A stretch of 64,000 nt of DNA from Lama glama (GCA_028534125.1 CM052818.1:34040001-34104000); one strand, 5' to 3'. Counted from the first letter of the stretch, positions 10,751 to 29,609 are shown. The notes: generated by a model not told the origin, from the letters alone. Program-made: numbers and translations.

Positions 10751-11829
10751 TGGTAAACAGATTTTTGACAAGGATATCATGACAATTCAGTGGGGAAAAA
10801 ACAGTCTCTTCAACAAATGGTGTTGGGACAACTGGATATTTACATGCAAAAGAATGAAGTTGGACCCCTTCAACCACATTCAGAATTTAACTCAAAGTGG
10901 ATCACAGATGTAAATTTAACGGGTAAAAACTACAAAAGTCTCAGAAGAAAACAGAGCAAATCTATGTGACCTAACTAAAAGATAGGCTAAAGATTTGAAC
11001 AGATATTTCTCCAAAGAAGATAAACAAACAGCCAACATGCACATGAAAGGACATTCAACATCATTAGCCATTAAAAGAATGTAAATCAAAATCACAATAT
11101 TATACTATTTCACATCTACTAGTTTTGCGAAAATCAAAAAGACAGACAATAACATGTGTTGGTGAGGATAGGAAAACTTGGACCCCTCATACCTTGCTGG
11201 TGGGATTGAAAAATGGTACAGATGATTTGGAAGACAGTTTGGCAGTTCTTCAAAGTGTTAAATATAGACTTACCATGTGATTCAGGAATTCTACTCCTAG
11301 GTATCTACTCAAGATCAATGAAAACGTATGTCCATACAAAACTTGTACAAGAATGTTCACAGCAGCATTGTTCGTAATTGCCAAAAAAGTAAAAAAAAAA
11401 AAAAAAGTCCACCAATTGATAAACGGGAAAATAAAATATGGCACACCTATATAAAGGAATTTTATTTGGCAATAAAAAGAAATAAAGTAACAATAAATGC
11501 TACATGAATGAAACTTGAATATATTATGCTAAGTGAAAGAAGTCAGACACGAAAGGTCATGTATTGTATGATTCCACTCATGATATGTGTAAAATAGGCA
11601 AATCCATAGAAACAAAGTAGATTTGTAGTTTCCAGGGACTGGTGAGGGTGGGGGGAATGAAGAGTGACTATGGGAATGAGATTTCTTTTCCTGGGTATAA
11701 CTATGTTCTAAAATTAGATTGCGGTGATGGTTGTACAACCCTGTGAGGATACTGCACACTTTAAGTGGGTGGATTGCATGGTACATGAATTACATCTCAA
11801 TAGAGCTATTGATAAAATAGCTATTAAAA

Positions 11830-11930
11830 TATGAACACATATATATATGCATGACTGGGACATTGTGCTGTACACCAGAGATTGACACACTGTAATTGAC
11901 TGTACTTCAATAATTAAAAAAAAGAAAGAA
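11830..11930 (+). mobile_element. Very short 5'-truncated younger L1 (3' end only)
   Basis: tgtgctgtacaccagagattgacacactgtaattgactgtacttcaataattaaaaaaaa, flanked by the direct repeat AAAATAGCTATTAAAA (~11814-11829 and ~11929-11944). Confidence 0.75.
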
Positions 11931-13192
11931 AATAGCTATTAAAAACATATAAGCATGTAAGGTGTGGAGCGTAAGTCAGTGCTCAGAAAATGAAATGAAA
12001 TGAAAACCAACAGTTGAAGGGAGTGTCCAGCCCAAACAGGCTGTATGGCTGGGTAGACCCCTGGCTGGAGGAGGTGGTGGGAGGTTTAAAGTATATGGGC
12101 AGAGAGCAGAGGTGGGGACTAGGCCCTGAAGGGGAGACTTGGGTGCCCCAAAGAATTTTGCTTGCTTCAGTTTTGTCAAGGGCCAGCCTCAGGATGATCT
12201 CTGAAAGAAGGTCCCAGAGCCTTGAGGAGAAGAGTATGTGATGTCAGCACCTGACCTTTGTGACATAGGCACTGGATTCCAGGGAGTACTGACCCCAGGA
12301 AATGGGGCTCCCAGCTCCCAAGTGGGGCGGCGTTGCCGCCCCTTAGACAAAGTCCTTGACTTCTAGGCTTTCACCAGCTGGCCCCACTGCTGCTGCTGAT
12401 CGTGATAAGCCATCTTGGCTGGGGCCAGGCTAAGCCAGGGGACATCAGCATTAGGGACCACAGGGATTAGGGCAACCAGAGTGCCAGGAAACCAGGATGC
12501 TTGCAGAATCTTTGTTTCAGATTTAGGAGAACAAAAGTCTATAACAGAAGACCTCCTCCTGGCTGAAGGAGGACAGAGGGCAAGACTCAGACAGAAATCT
12601 GGGTCAGAGTGAGTTTAGGGTGACAGATGCTGGGGGCAGGGATGAGCGTATCCATCATTTGTTGGCTCTGTTCCTCTCTCTCCCAGGTCCCCGTGTCACT
12701 GAAGTGCCTTCAGAAATACAGCTCAGAGGGACCCTCATTGGTAAGAGCTCACAGTGCCAGAACACCCGCTATTCCTAGTCCCATCTCAGCCTCCATCCCC
12801 CAAGCCCCCTCCTCTAACTCTATCCAACCCATCCTACCCTCCCTTCTTCCCTATACCTCCCCTCCTAACTTTCACCTTCCCAGGAGCATTTTGTCAGCTC
12901 TTCTGACCCCAGAGGTGATATTTAAGTTCTTGGTGAAACAGCCTGCATGGTACATTAGGCAGAGCCAGAAACAGATCCATTCTCTCAATATCTTGAGCGC
13001 TGTTTTTTTCTCCACAGATCCTAAGGGCTGTGTCATCCTCCCTGGCCTACCCAGATAATTGCTGCTGTCCCTCAGCTTCCAAGAGGCAGTTCTGATTCTC
13101 CATCCTCTACATCCCTCATCAATGGCCGACTGCAAAGGAGTGAGAGGCCAAATTTAGAGCCAAGCTCCTGCCTAAACACCCAGAGAGCCTGA

Positions 13193-14575
<1,383 letters not shown>

Positions 14576-14812
14576 AAGTCACTACCCTAGTTTCAGAGCC
14601 ACTAAGGCTCCCTGGAGCACCTCCTCCAAACCCCACCATCCCTGCCAGACCCCAGATCTCGGGGAGCCCCCAAGACACTCTGAAGGGCTGGCTGGCTGGA
14701 GGTCAGGTGTGTTCTCCAGCCCTGAACCCTGGGAGCCCCTTGTGGAGTCTGCTCTCTCCTGGCTGAAGAGGACCAAGGGCGCCTGAGGCCCCACTTAGCC
14801 TTCAGTGTATCC

Positions 14813-14818
14813 AATAAA
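14813..14818 (+). terminator. PRR30 polyadenylation signal
   Basis: AATAAA ~240 nt after the stop codon, followed by GT-rich sequence. Confidence 0.75.
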
Positions 14819-15193
14819 GCCTGATCCTGTGAAACTTGTGCTTGTGTCTTACTGAGCAGACACAGTGGGTGGTTGTACCTTCAGGAGGACTGGAACCCAA
14901 CAAAGAGAGTCAAAGGAAACAGAATGGCCATGTATCTGAGGAGGGCAAAGGACTCAGAAGGCCTGAGCACCTGAGATGTGCAGAGGGCTCTGCCAGGCCC
15001 TTCACACATTTAATTCAATTCGATGGGACATATAATGGCATCCCCAGAGATGAAGCCACAGGGCCCCTTCCTCTGGCCACACCTTAGATTAATAAGGATG
15101 CCTGCTGATGCATGCCAGGGGAGCAGCAGGAGGTGTCTCCTTGGAGGGAAGGGCATGACTAGCGTTCACTTGCAAAGAAACATGGGGTCCTTC

Positions 15194-15822
15194 TGAGACA
15201 GGAGCAGGCAGGGCACAGCCATTCAAGGAATGATACAGCAATTAACATCAAAATGGTGGAGGATTCAACCCTCCAGTAGGCCTTGAGGCTCAAGATGGTG
15301 GGAGATTTGACTTCTAGTAGAACTTGAGCTTCATTATATGCCCATTGTAATATATTAGCATGGTGAATAACATGCCAGCAGGCGCCATGATAGTCCCAGG
15401 GCTAGCCACAAGAGGTCAAAGAGTGGGAAATGGCCAACTTACTGGGAATCCCAGCCCCTTCCCCAGGCTAGTTAAGACGTATCCTTCCACTTATTAGCAT
15501 ACGAGGCCACTGAGCCCATAAAAACGGGCAACACAACTTGCGGCCACCACCCTCTCTCTCCCACTTTAGAGATGGCCTGCACTCTATGGAGTGTGTACCT
15601 ACTTTTACTCTAATCTGAGCACCCAACACCCACACCTCATGGCCTTTCTCTTGCCTTTCGATGTATCTCTAAATAAATCTACCTTTACCCAACCGTGGCT
15701 TGCTCCTGAATTCTTTCCTGCCTGAAGCCAAGGACCCACACTTGACAGGGCACGTCTCAGGGGCTCAACCAAAGCCTGGGACACAGCCCTCCTCACGCCC
15801 CACATCCGTTTTCCCTGCATCA
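15194..15822 (+). mobile_element. ERV (probably ERV1-class) solo LTR
   Basis: TG...CA ends with flanks CTTC and CTCC (3/4 match, candidate TSD). TATA-like CATAAAAA at 15517-15524, AATAAA at 15672-15677, duplicated AA(A/G)ATGGTGG unit in U3. Confidence 0.75.
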
Positions 15823-16319
15823 CTCCTATAGGACACCAGAAATCTAAGGACCCCCTCAAAAGGATGGGGTGTCAGGCAGAGACCTGCCCTGTCTTGGGGT
15901 TCCAGTTGCCTCCCTGAGTGTATCAGAGGGGAGCAGCCCCCACCCACAAACCCTGAGGCGCAGGATTAGGTGCGGAGCCTTGACAATGGCCAACTAACTC
16001 CCACCTGTGCGCACTACAGAGGACAGGTGTTAATTGTTAAGGTAAGAAGTGTTTTTTTCCCTAGTACTAGGAAGCGGTAGATTCGGGATTTGAAGCCAGG
16101 TTTGTTTTAAAGTCCACGCTGCCTCCGTTAAGAGGCAAAAGAGACGTTTCTGGAGCGTGACCTCGAACAAATCACTTCGTCTCTGGGGTAAAACATAAAG
16201 TCTGCGCTCCATGAGTCTGCCTATCCCTCCTGAAGTGTGGATAGTCCTAACCCAAGGATTTCTTTATTAAAGGTTTATTAACCTCCCTTAACCTTTACTG
16301 ATTCCCCCAGCTCCTCCAG

Positions 16320-16731
16320 AAATCCCAAGGACGCTTCCGTGAAGCGGCCGCGAGCCTCCACTGCCCCCCTAAAAGATGGCGTAGTCTGACGTCACAAGGG
16401 GGCGAAGACCGGCATCCTAGCGCCCGGATTCCAGCAGGCCGCGGCCGGCGAGTGCTGACGCGCAATGACTGCTTCGCGCCTGCGTGAGGAGAGTCGTGCT
16501 CGGTGCGCTTGCGCACTGCGAGTCGGCGAGACAGGGTTAGCCGGCCCTGGGCCGAGATAGGGATTCGTGTATGATTAGAGAATTTCCCCAACCCCGCAGG
16601 TGTGAGAGGGGTCGGGAGTTTTCCCGGCAGCGAGGGGACCAAGGTCAGCAGCGGCCAGAGAAGTCGTCGCAGGCCGGGCGCGGCATGTCCCGGGTGCTTC
16701 GGCGCAGACAGTGAAACGCGCGGCGAGCGGG
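16320..16731 (+). promoter_or_regulatory. PREB CpG-island promoter / 5'UTR
   Basis: CpG-rich. YY1-like AAGATGGCCG at ~16372, full CRE TGACGTCA at 16387-16394, NRF1-like GCGCTTGCGC at ~16505. Confidence 0.75.
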
Positions 16732-19710
16732 ATGGGTCGGCGCCGGGCGCCAGAGCTGTACCGGGCCCCGTTCCCGTTGTACGCGCTGCAGGTCGATCCC
16801 AGCGCGGGGCTGCTCATAGCCGCGGGCGGAGGAGGCGCCGCCAAGACCGGCATAAAGAATGGCGTGGTGAGAGTACAGGGCCACTGGGGCCGGGTCACGC
16901 CAGGGCTGAGGGCGATTCTGGGAGGGTCTCATGTGTGGGCCGCGCTTCTGCTGCGGACTCTGCCCCTGCCCGGTGCGACTACCCTGCATGCCGGGAGTCC
17001 TGGCGCGAACTTTAGTCGAGAACTCACTGGTCAATTGAGAGAATCCTAAGGTAAAATGAAACTGCAGACAGCACTGCCAAGGCAGGAAGGCTTCAACTCG
17101 ACTTCAGGAACAGCCCCCGGGGTCTTATCCTGGCTTTTTCCGGGGAGGCCACATAGACTTGTCTGTCTGCCCTCCAACAGAGGCGAGAGTTCAGCATAAG
17201 CTTGGTTTCTTCACTCTTCTGAGAGTTACCATATTCTGTAAACTGCAGGTGATAATCCCAGCGTTGCTTGCTGTACAGATTTGTGAGGCTCAAAAGAAAA
17301 AAGGTCTTTAAAAGCCTTGTGAACTACAAAGTGCAATAAGCCCTCAGACTACAGGATGTAAGTTTGCTCTTGAGGTGCCCTCTGAACCTTGCTCATCCTG
17401 GTTCCCTCTCCCACAGCACTTTCTGCAGCTGGAGCAGATTAATGGGCGCCTCAGCGCCTCCCTACTGCACTCCCATGATACTGAGACTCGGGCCACCATG
17501 AACTTAGCGCTGGCTGGTAATATCCTGGCTGCAGGGCAGGATGCCCAGTGTCAGCTACTGCGCTTCAAGACCCATCAGCAGAAGGGCAAAAACAAAGCAG
17601 AGAAGGCAGGTGAGAGCCCCTGCTCTAGCTTTGTGAAAAGGGTTAAACGAGTAAGAGCTCTCTCATCTTGGTCTCTGAAGATGTGGGGCTGAAGGTGAGG
17701 TTCTCGTAACAGGCGAGAATTCGCTCGACGTTCACCACTGGAGAAGGGGTTATGACTACTTTAGAAGCCTGGAACCTGGCAGGCTGTTTGTATTGCAGGT
17801 TCCAAGGAACAGGGGCCTCGGCAAAGGAAAGGGGCTGCCACTGCAGAGAAGAAGTCTGGAGCTGAAACCCACCAGGAGGGGGTAGAACTTAGTGTGGAGA
17901 ATTTGCAGGCGGTGCAGACAGACTTCAGCGCTGATCCACTGCAGAAAGTTGTATGCTTCAACCATGACAATACCTTGCTTGCCACTGGAGGGACGGATGG
18001 CTACGTTCGTGTCTGGAAGGTGTGGTTTTGGGAGGTTAGAGGATGAGGGTCAGTAGCTGCAAGGCCAGAGTTGTGAGAAACTGAACATGGGTTCTGGGAA
18101 ACTTGAGTAGACTGCACTGAGTGGCTGTTAGCAGAGAGGGGTGGGGATCATTGTGCTCTGGCCCGGTAACTAGGCTAACTACAGTGGTGGTTTGGCTGCA
18201 GGTACCGACTTTGGAGAAAGTTCTGGAGTTCAAAGCCCATGAAGGGGAGATTGAGGACCTGGCTTTGGGGCCTGATGGCAAGGTGAGGAGGTGAGAGGGT
18301 GGAGAAAGTAGGTGATTATGCTGCTTGTCCCATAAGTGGATCCCCTAACTGTTCAAACTTGGAATCTTGATTCCTGACTAGTTGGTAACTGTGGGCTGGG
18401 ACCTTAAGGCCTCCGTGTGGCAGAAGGATCAACTGGTGACACAGCTGCACTGGCAGGAGAACGGACCCACCTTTTCTAACACGCCTTACCGCTACCAGGC
18501 CTGCAGGTGTGAAGACCCCAGAGGGTGGCTGAAAGAGGCATAGCCTAGTTGTAATGGGGAGTGGGAAGAGACGGTGAGCTGGGAAGGATCGGAGCCTTTT
18601 CAGGCATTACCCCCAGGGCCTGACCAGGGTGCAGGAAGGCACCAACCTCTGAGGAAGGTTGGGCAGGCCCCAGGAGCTGAACAGCCTCTCACCCGGCCTC
18701 CAGGTTTGGGCAGGTTCCAGACCAGCCTGCCGGGCTGCGACTCTTCACGGTGCAGATTCCCCACAAGCGTCTGCGCCAGCCCCAACCTTGCTACCTCACA
18801 GCCTGGGATGGCTCCACCTTCTTGCCTCTTCAGACCAAGTCCTGTGGCCATGAAGTCATCTCCTGCCTTAGTGTCAGGTGTGAGACTGTGGTGACTTGGC
18901 TGGGTGTGGGGGCACCTGGGGGGAAGATGTGCTGCCTGCCTGCCTGCCTGAGGACTATTGCTACTGAATGAATGTTGCTGCATGGGACTCCAGGACAGTG
19001 AGCACTTTATTGTTTGTTGCAGTGAATCGGGCACCTTCCTAGGCCTGGGCACGGTCACTGGCTCTGTTGCCATCTACATAGCTTTCTCTCTCCAGGTAAT
19101 GGGTGGAGGTGGGCACAGCCCTGAGGACTCTCTGGGGTGGGGATTCTAGGCTTGCTTCTACACTGAGTGTGTGGGAAGGAGTCTGGCCCAGCCTATAGAG
19201 GGAAAGGCTTCTGGGGGAAGAGGGCATATTTTCCAGAAGGAATGATCCCAACTGGGCCTTCTCTTACTCGTTTTCCTGTTCGCAGCGCCTCTACTATGTG
19301 AGGGAGGCCCATGGCATTGTGGTGACAGATGTGGCTTTTCTACCTGAGAAGGGTCGTGGTCCAGAGCTCCTTGGGTCCCATGAAACTGCCCTGTTCTCTG
19401 TGGCTGTGGACAGTCGCTGCCAGCTGCACCTGCTGCCCTCACGGCGTGAGTCATTGGGGTGAGGGGGTACCACCCTACCTTTAGCTGTAGCAAAAACTTG
19501 CCCCCTGCAGAGTGAGTTGCTTGCTTGTAGTCACCTGCCCCCTCCTCGAATGGTTCTGTTCTTTGGGCTGTGACTCCCCTTTGCTTACTGACTTCATCCC
19601 TTCCCCTTCCTGCAGGGACTGTTCCTGTGTGGCTGCTGCTGCTACTGTGTGTTGGGCTTATTGTGATGAGCATCCTGCTGCTCCAGAGTGCCTTCCCAGG
19701 TTTTCTTTAG
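16732..19710 (+). CDS. PREB: Prolactin regulatory element-binding protein / SEC12 (Sar1 GEF), 418 aa, 9 exons
   Basis: Exons 16732-16866, 17417-17609, 17799-18019, 18202-18282, 18382-18506, 18704-18877, 19023-19095, 19286-19445, 19616-19710. All GT-AG, 1257 nt total, in frame. K-loop [12 protein letters not shown] and C-terminal TM segment [19 protein letters not shown]. Confidence 0.97.
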
Positions 19711-20331
19711 CCTCCCTGCTCCCAGGGAACCAGGGGCCCAGACACTGCCACCTTCTAGACCAGAATGGAGGCCTGGACTCCACTGCTCACTCCACCTGGG
19801 TCCACAGCTGAGGTTGCCTCTGATGAGACTAGTGGGCAATGCCTGCCATTCCCAGTTAGAGCTTGGCTGTGACCGTGGGTGACCCTGAGTCCTGGGAACC
19901 TTGCATTCATCGCCTTTGGATCCGCCCAGGACCGTGGTGTCAAGCCCAGCCCACACCACCTGCCTCCTTCCCTCTGCCTACCAGAGGCTCTGGAGTTGAG
20001 CTTGTCCTTTCTCCAGAGATGTGTGAAGATGCCCAGGAACTTGGAGGCTGCTGTCCTTCCTGCAGAAACTGCCCTTTTCTTCTCTTCCCCTCACAGTCTT
20101 GTGGCAATTGCTCTGCACATGAGCCTCTGGCATTTGCTGGGACAAGCACTGGCCTGGGACTTGCTATTAGGGAAGGAAAGGGCAAAAGGAAGACCCAGGC
20201 AGTAATCTTCGGGTTCAGCTGGGTAGCTCCAAGCCAGCCAGGCTAAATATGCAGCAAGTTCCTGAATAGTCTACTCTAGCCTCGAGAAAAGGGAAAATGA
20301 ACCTCAGTCTATTTGGCAGGAAAAGCTGTTA

Positions 20332-20340
20332 TTTAATAAA
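20332..20340. terminator. Overlapping poly(A) signals: PREB AATAAA (+, 20335-20340) and ABHD1 ATTAAA (-, 20337-20332)
   Basis: The sequence TTATTTAATAAA lies between the convergent stop codons, about 40 nt past the ABHD1 stop. Confidence 0.8.
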
Positions 20341-20379
20341 CAAGGGAAGACTGAACTGAGACCCCAAATGGTACTCTTG

Positions 20380-25280
<4,901 letters not shown>

Positions 25281-25339
25281 ATTGTGGTCGGGGATTTTGT
25301 CTCCCAAGTTCTTGACTGGCTCCAGTGCCTGAACTTCCA

Positions 25340-25780
25340 CTAGTCACCTGGCAGGTGCGCGCCGGACCCCGCCCGTTACACGCCATTGGTCGGCCTGTGT
25401 AGGTTCCGGTTCCACTGCTCGGCGGTTTGGGGCTCCGGGTCCCGCCCACCGTCCCGCCTCCCCGCGGCGGGCGCGGCGAGGGGCGGTGCCAGGACGTTGC
25501 TGGGGTGGCCGGCTGCGCCCGCCGCCCTTCCCGGAGCTGACGCGAGTGACCAGCCAAAGGCTTCCCCAGCCGCGGCTCCGCCTCTGCTTCCGTTTCGCAG
25601 GCCGGTGGCAGCCCCTTGTAAGGACTAGTGGCTTCCCCCAAAGCCGCCATCTTGGTGAGGGGCAGCTCCAGCTCCTTCCTCCTCAAACTCTGCCCTGGCG
25701 CGGCGAGTCAGGCATCCTGGCCAGAGTCCCCCAGCCACTCAGTCAGTCACACAAAGGACGCAGCGGCTCACGTGGTGACA
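25340..25780 (-). promoter_or_regulatory. ABHD1 CpG-island promoter
   Basis: CpG-dense region directly upstream of the ABHD1 ATG. CCAAT on the minus strand (~25385), GC boxes, YY1 motif GCCGCCATCTTG (~25643). Confidence 0.7.
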
Positions 25781-26085
25781 AGCCTACAGCCCCACAGTGT
25801 TCAGCCATTCACAGTGATCGTCACACACTGGATACGTTGTTCACACTGTGACACCCCAGTGTTACATAGTCACATTTCAGCTACTGAGTGGCATTCCACA
25901 TGGAGTCACACATATAGGTTAAAGTCACTCGTACAGTGTCACTCTACGCTGTCTCATACATCCCTATCACAAGTACAACAAATATTTACTCATCACCCCA
26001 CTCTGTACCAGACACGTGGGATACCCCAACAGATTCTGTTCCTATCTTCGTTGGGATGTGGAAACAAATTAGTAATCTCCTAGAG

Positions 26086-26255
26086 CAGTGACTATCAACC
26101 TTGACTGAAGATTGGACTCATCTGGAAGTTTTTAAAACCCCAGTGCCCCGGCCCCACCCCCTTATAGAGTTGGTCTGGAGAGGAGCCTAGGTAGCAATAT
26201 AAAGTCAAAGCTCTCTAGAAGCTGCAAATGTGTAGTCAGGTTTGAACCCCTGCAG
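26086..26255. mobile_element. MER5A-like hAT-Charlie remnant
   Basis: cagtgactatcaaccttgactg ... ccggccccacccc ... ggtctggagaggagcctagg ... aaagctctctag ... caggtttgaacccctg. Confidence 0.6.
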
Positions 26256-26369
26256 TATAGCGTGGTGCTAGATAAGGGAAGTACTCCTGCGGTGGGAGCC
26301 CTGGGGTGGGTGCCCAGATTCCGTGGATCAGAGAAAGCATACCCAGATGTTAAATGACAATACATTTAA

Positions 26370-26990
26370 GGTGAAATAAATAAATAAGCACAAGTTTCCA
26401 AGGCAAGGTGAAGGAAGGGAGAGAGTAGTCGTCCCAGGAGAGGAAACAGGACAAGCAAAAGCCTGGATATGAGAGACTTCTTAAAGGAATCAAAAGAAAT
26501 TTGGTGTTGCTGGATCATCTGAGATGGTCAAGAACCAGGTTGTGGGCAGCTGCATAAAGGAGGTTAGAGTTTATCCTAAGAGTAGAGGAAAGCCATCAAA
26601 GAATCTTAAGAAATGGGCAACATGATCAGAGTTATGTTTTAGAAGAATTATCCAGGCTACTTGGAGAATGAACTGGAGGGGGATGAAAATGGAAGTAGAG
26701 TGGTCAGTTAGGCTGTTAACAGAACTTTGGCATGGACTGTGGCTGTCTGGACTGGGGGAAGCTGGGGAGACGAGTGAAGATCTTTAAGATAGGAAGTAGA
26801 ATTAATAGGACTTGGTAGTAGGTTGGAAGTGGGGGAAGAAGGAGGAATCATGGATGACCCCCAGATTTCTGGGGTCTGCATAGATTCAGGGATGCATGGT
26901 GGTGCTTGTTCCTGAAATTGGAAAACCAGGGGAAGGGAAGTTTTAAGGAGGAAGATGATGCATTCTGACTCAGACACATAGACAGTGGGG
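26370..26990 (-). mobile_element. L2 LINE remnant (continues at ~27480-27560 and ~28615-28830)
   Basis: Purine-rich antisense L2 text (gagtttatcctaagagtagaggaaagccat, catgatcagagttatgttttagaag, ggaatcatggatgacccccagatttctgg). Confidence 0.65.
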
Positions 26991-26994
26991 TTCT

Positions 26995-27470
26995 GGTTGG
27001 TATTCTAATTGTTTTCTTAGGTTTCAAATTTCTGTTTGGCATCCATTAATCACAATCTAACAGCCAAAGTTGTTCACATCTCCCCTGAGATCCAGAGTCC
27101 ATACTCTGAACCACTTCCTTTATCCAAATCTCATATACCAAACCAATATTTCCCTTGTCCTAAATGAACCCAGGGCTAGGGACCAGACACCTAGGGACAG
27201 CCCGTATGCCTTAAAGCCCTCTGAAATTATTCAAACTAGCCAATCCTAAACTGTTTACACTGTCCTGTCTTGCTTTTCTAGCTTAATAAGTGCTGTGGCC
27301 TATGCCTTCCCCTTGCTCCTTTCTGCCTTTTGACCTTGCTTCCTTCTGTGGTCCTATGTGGTAAGCTATGCCTCTTCTTTCTAAGGGAACTGCAACATTA
27401 ACTTTTCTTTCAATGGCATTAACTTCTCTGTGTTGTCACTCAGTCACCTCTAAAAATTAAGATCCAAGCA
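26995..27470 (+). mobile_element. Old ERVL LTR (LTR40-like)
   Basis: aattattcaaactagccaatcctaaactgttta ... ctgtggcctatgccttccccttgctcc interrupts the L2. Family assignment is from memory. Confidence 0.4.
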
Positions 27471-27559
27471 TAAATCAGTAGGCTGTTCAGTTCTTGAAGT
27501 GGTCTGGGGCTCAGAGATTGTAATTTGAGATATGGTCGTTATCAGCATTTAGATGATAC

Positions 27560-28615
27560 ATTAGCTTGCAGGGTTGCCATAACAAAGTGTTGCAAACTGG
27601 TTGTCTTAAACAGCAGAAATTTATTGTCTTGTTACTGAGAGGAAGGAAATAAGAATTACCTCGGTTCTTAGTCACCCGAAAAAAAATTTTTAAAAGAAAC
27701 AGTGTGATATAAACAAGATTTCATTAGTAAAGTAAAAAGGTAGTAAAAGATAGTACACTCCCGAGAATTGGGAGAGGGTCAATCTAAGAGAGGGAAAATG
27801 GCGCCATTCCTTTGTTTTTTTCCTGTTTATATCCTGGCTCAGGGGCGTTTTTGTGATTTGTGGCTCAGATTCTTTGAATGCTCAGGCTGACTGACAGCTC
27901 AGGTTCCTTGCGCTCAGACAGGCCCATCCCCTTTTGGGCAGGTTCTTACCCTTGAAGCACACAGAGAAACCCACCAGAGGGGGCTCAAACTGTAATGCTA
28001 ATTACATTACAAAGAGCATTAGGTCAGGTTGAGCCAGGTCCCTCTCTCTATTGTGCGGCTGCCGCGGCTGCAGTGGTGGATCCTACCTGGCTTCTTTGCT
28101 GGCCCTCACTTAGAGAAAGTTTTTGGAGCCCCTTATGCTGAGTGCAGGCATACTGCTATTTTCTGGGTTGCTCCCTTCCCCTCCCTCTCTCCCTGCCCAG
28201 TGCTCATTTCTATCTAACTGCCTAACAGTCTCACAGTTCTGGAAACTAGAAGTTCAAGGTGTCTGCAGGACTGGTTCTTTCTGAGAGCAGTGAGGAAGAA
28301 TCTGTTCCATGCCTCTCTTCTAGCTTCTGGCAGTTTGCTGGGAATCTTTAACATTCCTTGGCATGTACAAGCTTCACTCCAATCTCTGCCTGCATCTTCA
28401 CATGCTGTTCTCCGTGTGTGTGTGTCTCCAAATTTCCCCTTTTAATATGGACATCAATCATATTGGATTAGGGGCCCATCTTACTCCTGTGTGACCTTAT
28501 CTTCACTAATTATATCTGCAATTACCCTATTTCCAAATAAAGTCACATTCTGAGATACTGGGGGTTAGGACTTCAACACATGAATTTTTGAAGGACATAA
28601 TTCAACCCATAACAG
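27560..28615 (-). mobile_element. MLT1C-like MaLR LTR split by a younger LTR
   Basis: gggttgccataacaaagt ... cagaaatttattgtct | cacagttctgg ... ctatttccaaataaagtcacattctgag ... aattcaacccataaca. Confidence 0.85.
27630..28227. mobile_element. ERV solo LTR (598 bp), probably antisense
   Basis: Inverted termini TGTTA...TAACA and a perfect 4-bp TSD GTCT (27626-27629 and 28228-28231). Removing it rejoins the MLT1C. Confidence 0.85.
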
Positions 28616-29542
28616 AAGCTACATGGATAGATGAACACATGAACAGATGGAGAGTGAGGAGACAGCCCAAAGGAACACCAACGCTTAAAGAAACTAAGAA
28701 GAAATGACTAGAGAGAGGAATGGTGTTGCCAAAAGCAATGATACCATGATCCAAGGAGGTAGTGTCCAACACTCGTCCACATGTCCACCACAGGCAAGAA
28801 GATAAGGTGACCTTGATGAAAGTGAGTTTGTTGTTCTAATCGATGTTGATGGGAAGGAGGTGATGGAGAAGTTGAAGATTCCAGAGAGATAAGTCATTCG
28901 CTCAGAGAAATAGTCCTTGGGCCAGTGGGTGAGAATGTAGTCTGAAGTGTAGGTGGGGGAACTGGCCACTATGACAAAAGAAGGTGACACTGCAATTTGA
29001 CCACAAATCTATAGCCACACACTGCTACACTATGCTGGCAAACAAATGCCACTGTCACCCTTAAGATGATACTTTTCCCAGGCCCCCTCTCACCCCACCT
29101 GCCATGTCTCATACAGAGCCACTTCTCAGTGATGTGCAGTCACAGTCACATAATGATACCTTCACAGGAAACCAGCAGTCAGCCACAGGTGTCACTTGAG
29201 CATCACAAACAACTCAGGAAGAGTTCACCCAGATACCCTAACACACACACTACTAACATCCTGAATTGTCACACCCGGACAATCAGTCACCCATTGGCCA
29301 TGCCTTCTCAGGTACTGTCATACTGGATACACAGCCACCCAAAATACCCCCTACTGTGTCACAAGTCCCTCAGACACACAGCATGCACCAGTCACAATCA
29401 CACACCCTAACAGTAAGTTGCATTCTCTCTTGTCACACATCTGGGTCCCCGCAGGCAGCGGCACCCCCAGCATCACCGAGCTTCTCTCCACACCAGCTTC
29501 ATCTGTCTCTTTGCCTCTCTGTCTCTCCAGTTGTCCGTGTCT

Positions 29543-29560
29543 TTCTCTCTCTCTCTCACA

Positions 29561-29599
<39 letters not shown>

Positions 29600-29603
29600 A
29601 CAC
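29543..29603. repeat. (CT)n(CA)n microsatellite abutting the CGREF1 promoter
   Basis: Directly visible. Confidence 0.95.
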
Positions 29604-29609
29604 GCATTC

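Larger units (their letters stand above)
8560..11820 (+). mobile_element. Old L1: decayed ORF2 plus 3'UTR, interrupted by an MLT1 LTR
   Basis: ORF2 landmarks: ttatgggatgcagctaaagcagta, cagacagcttcactggtgaattctaccaaa, actacagaccaatatccctta, ctaagatcaggaacacaacaaggatgtccactctc, ttcaacaaatggtgttgggacaactgg. The 3'UTR runs to atctcaatagagct. Confidence 0.9.
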
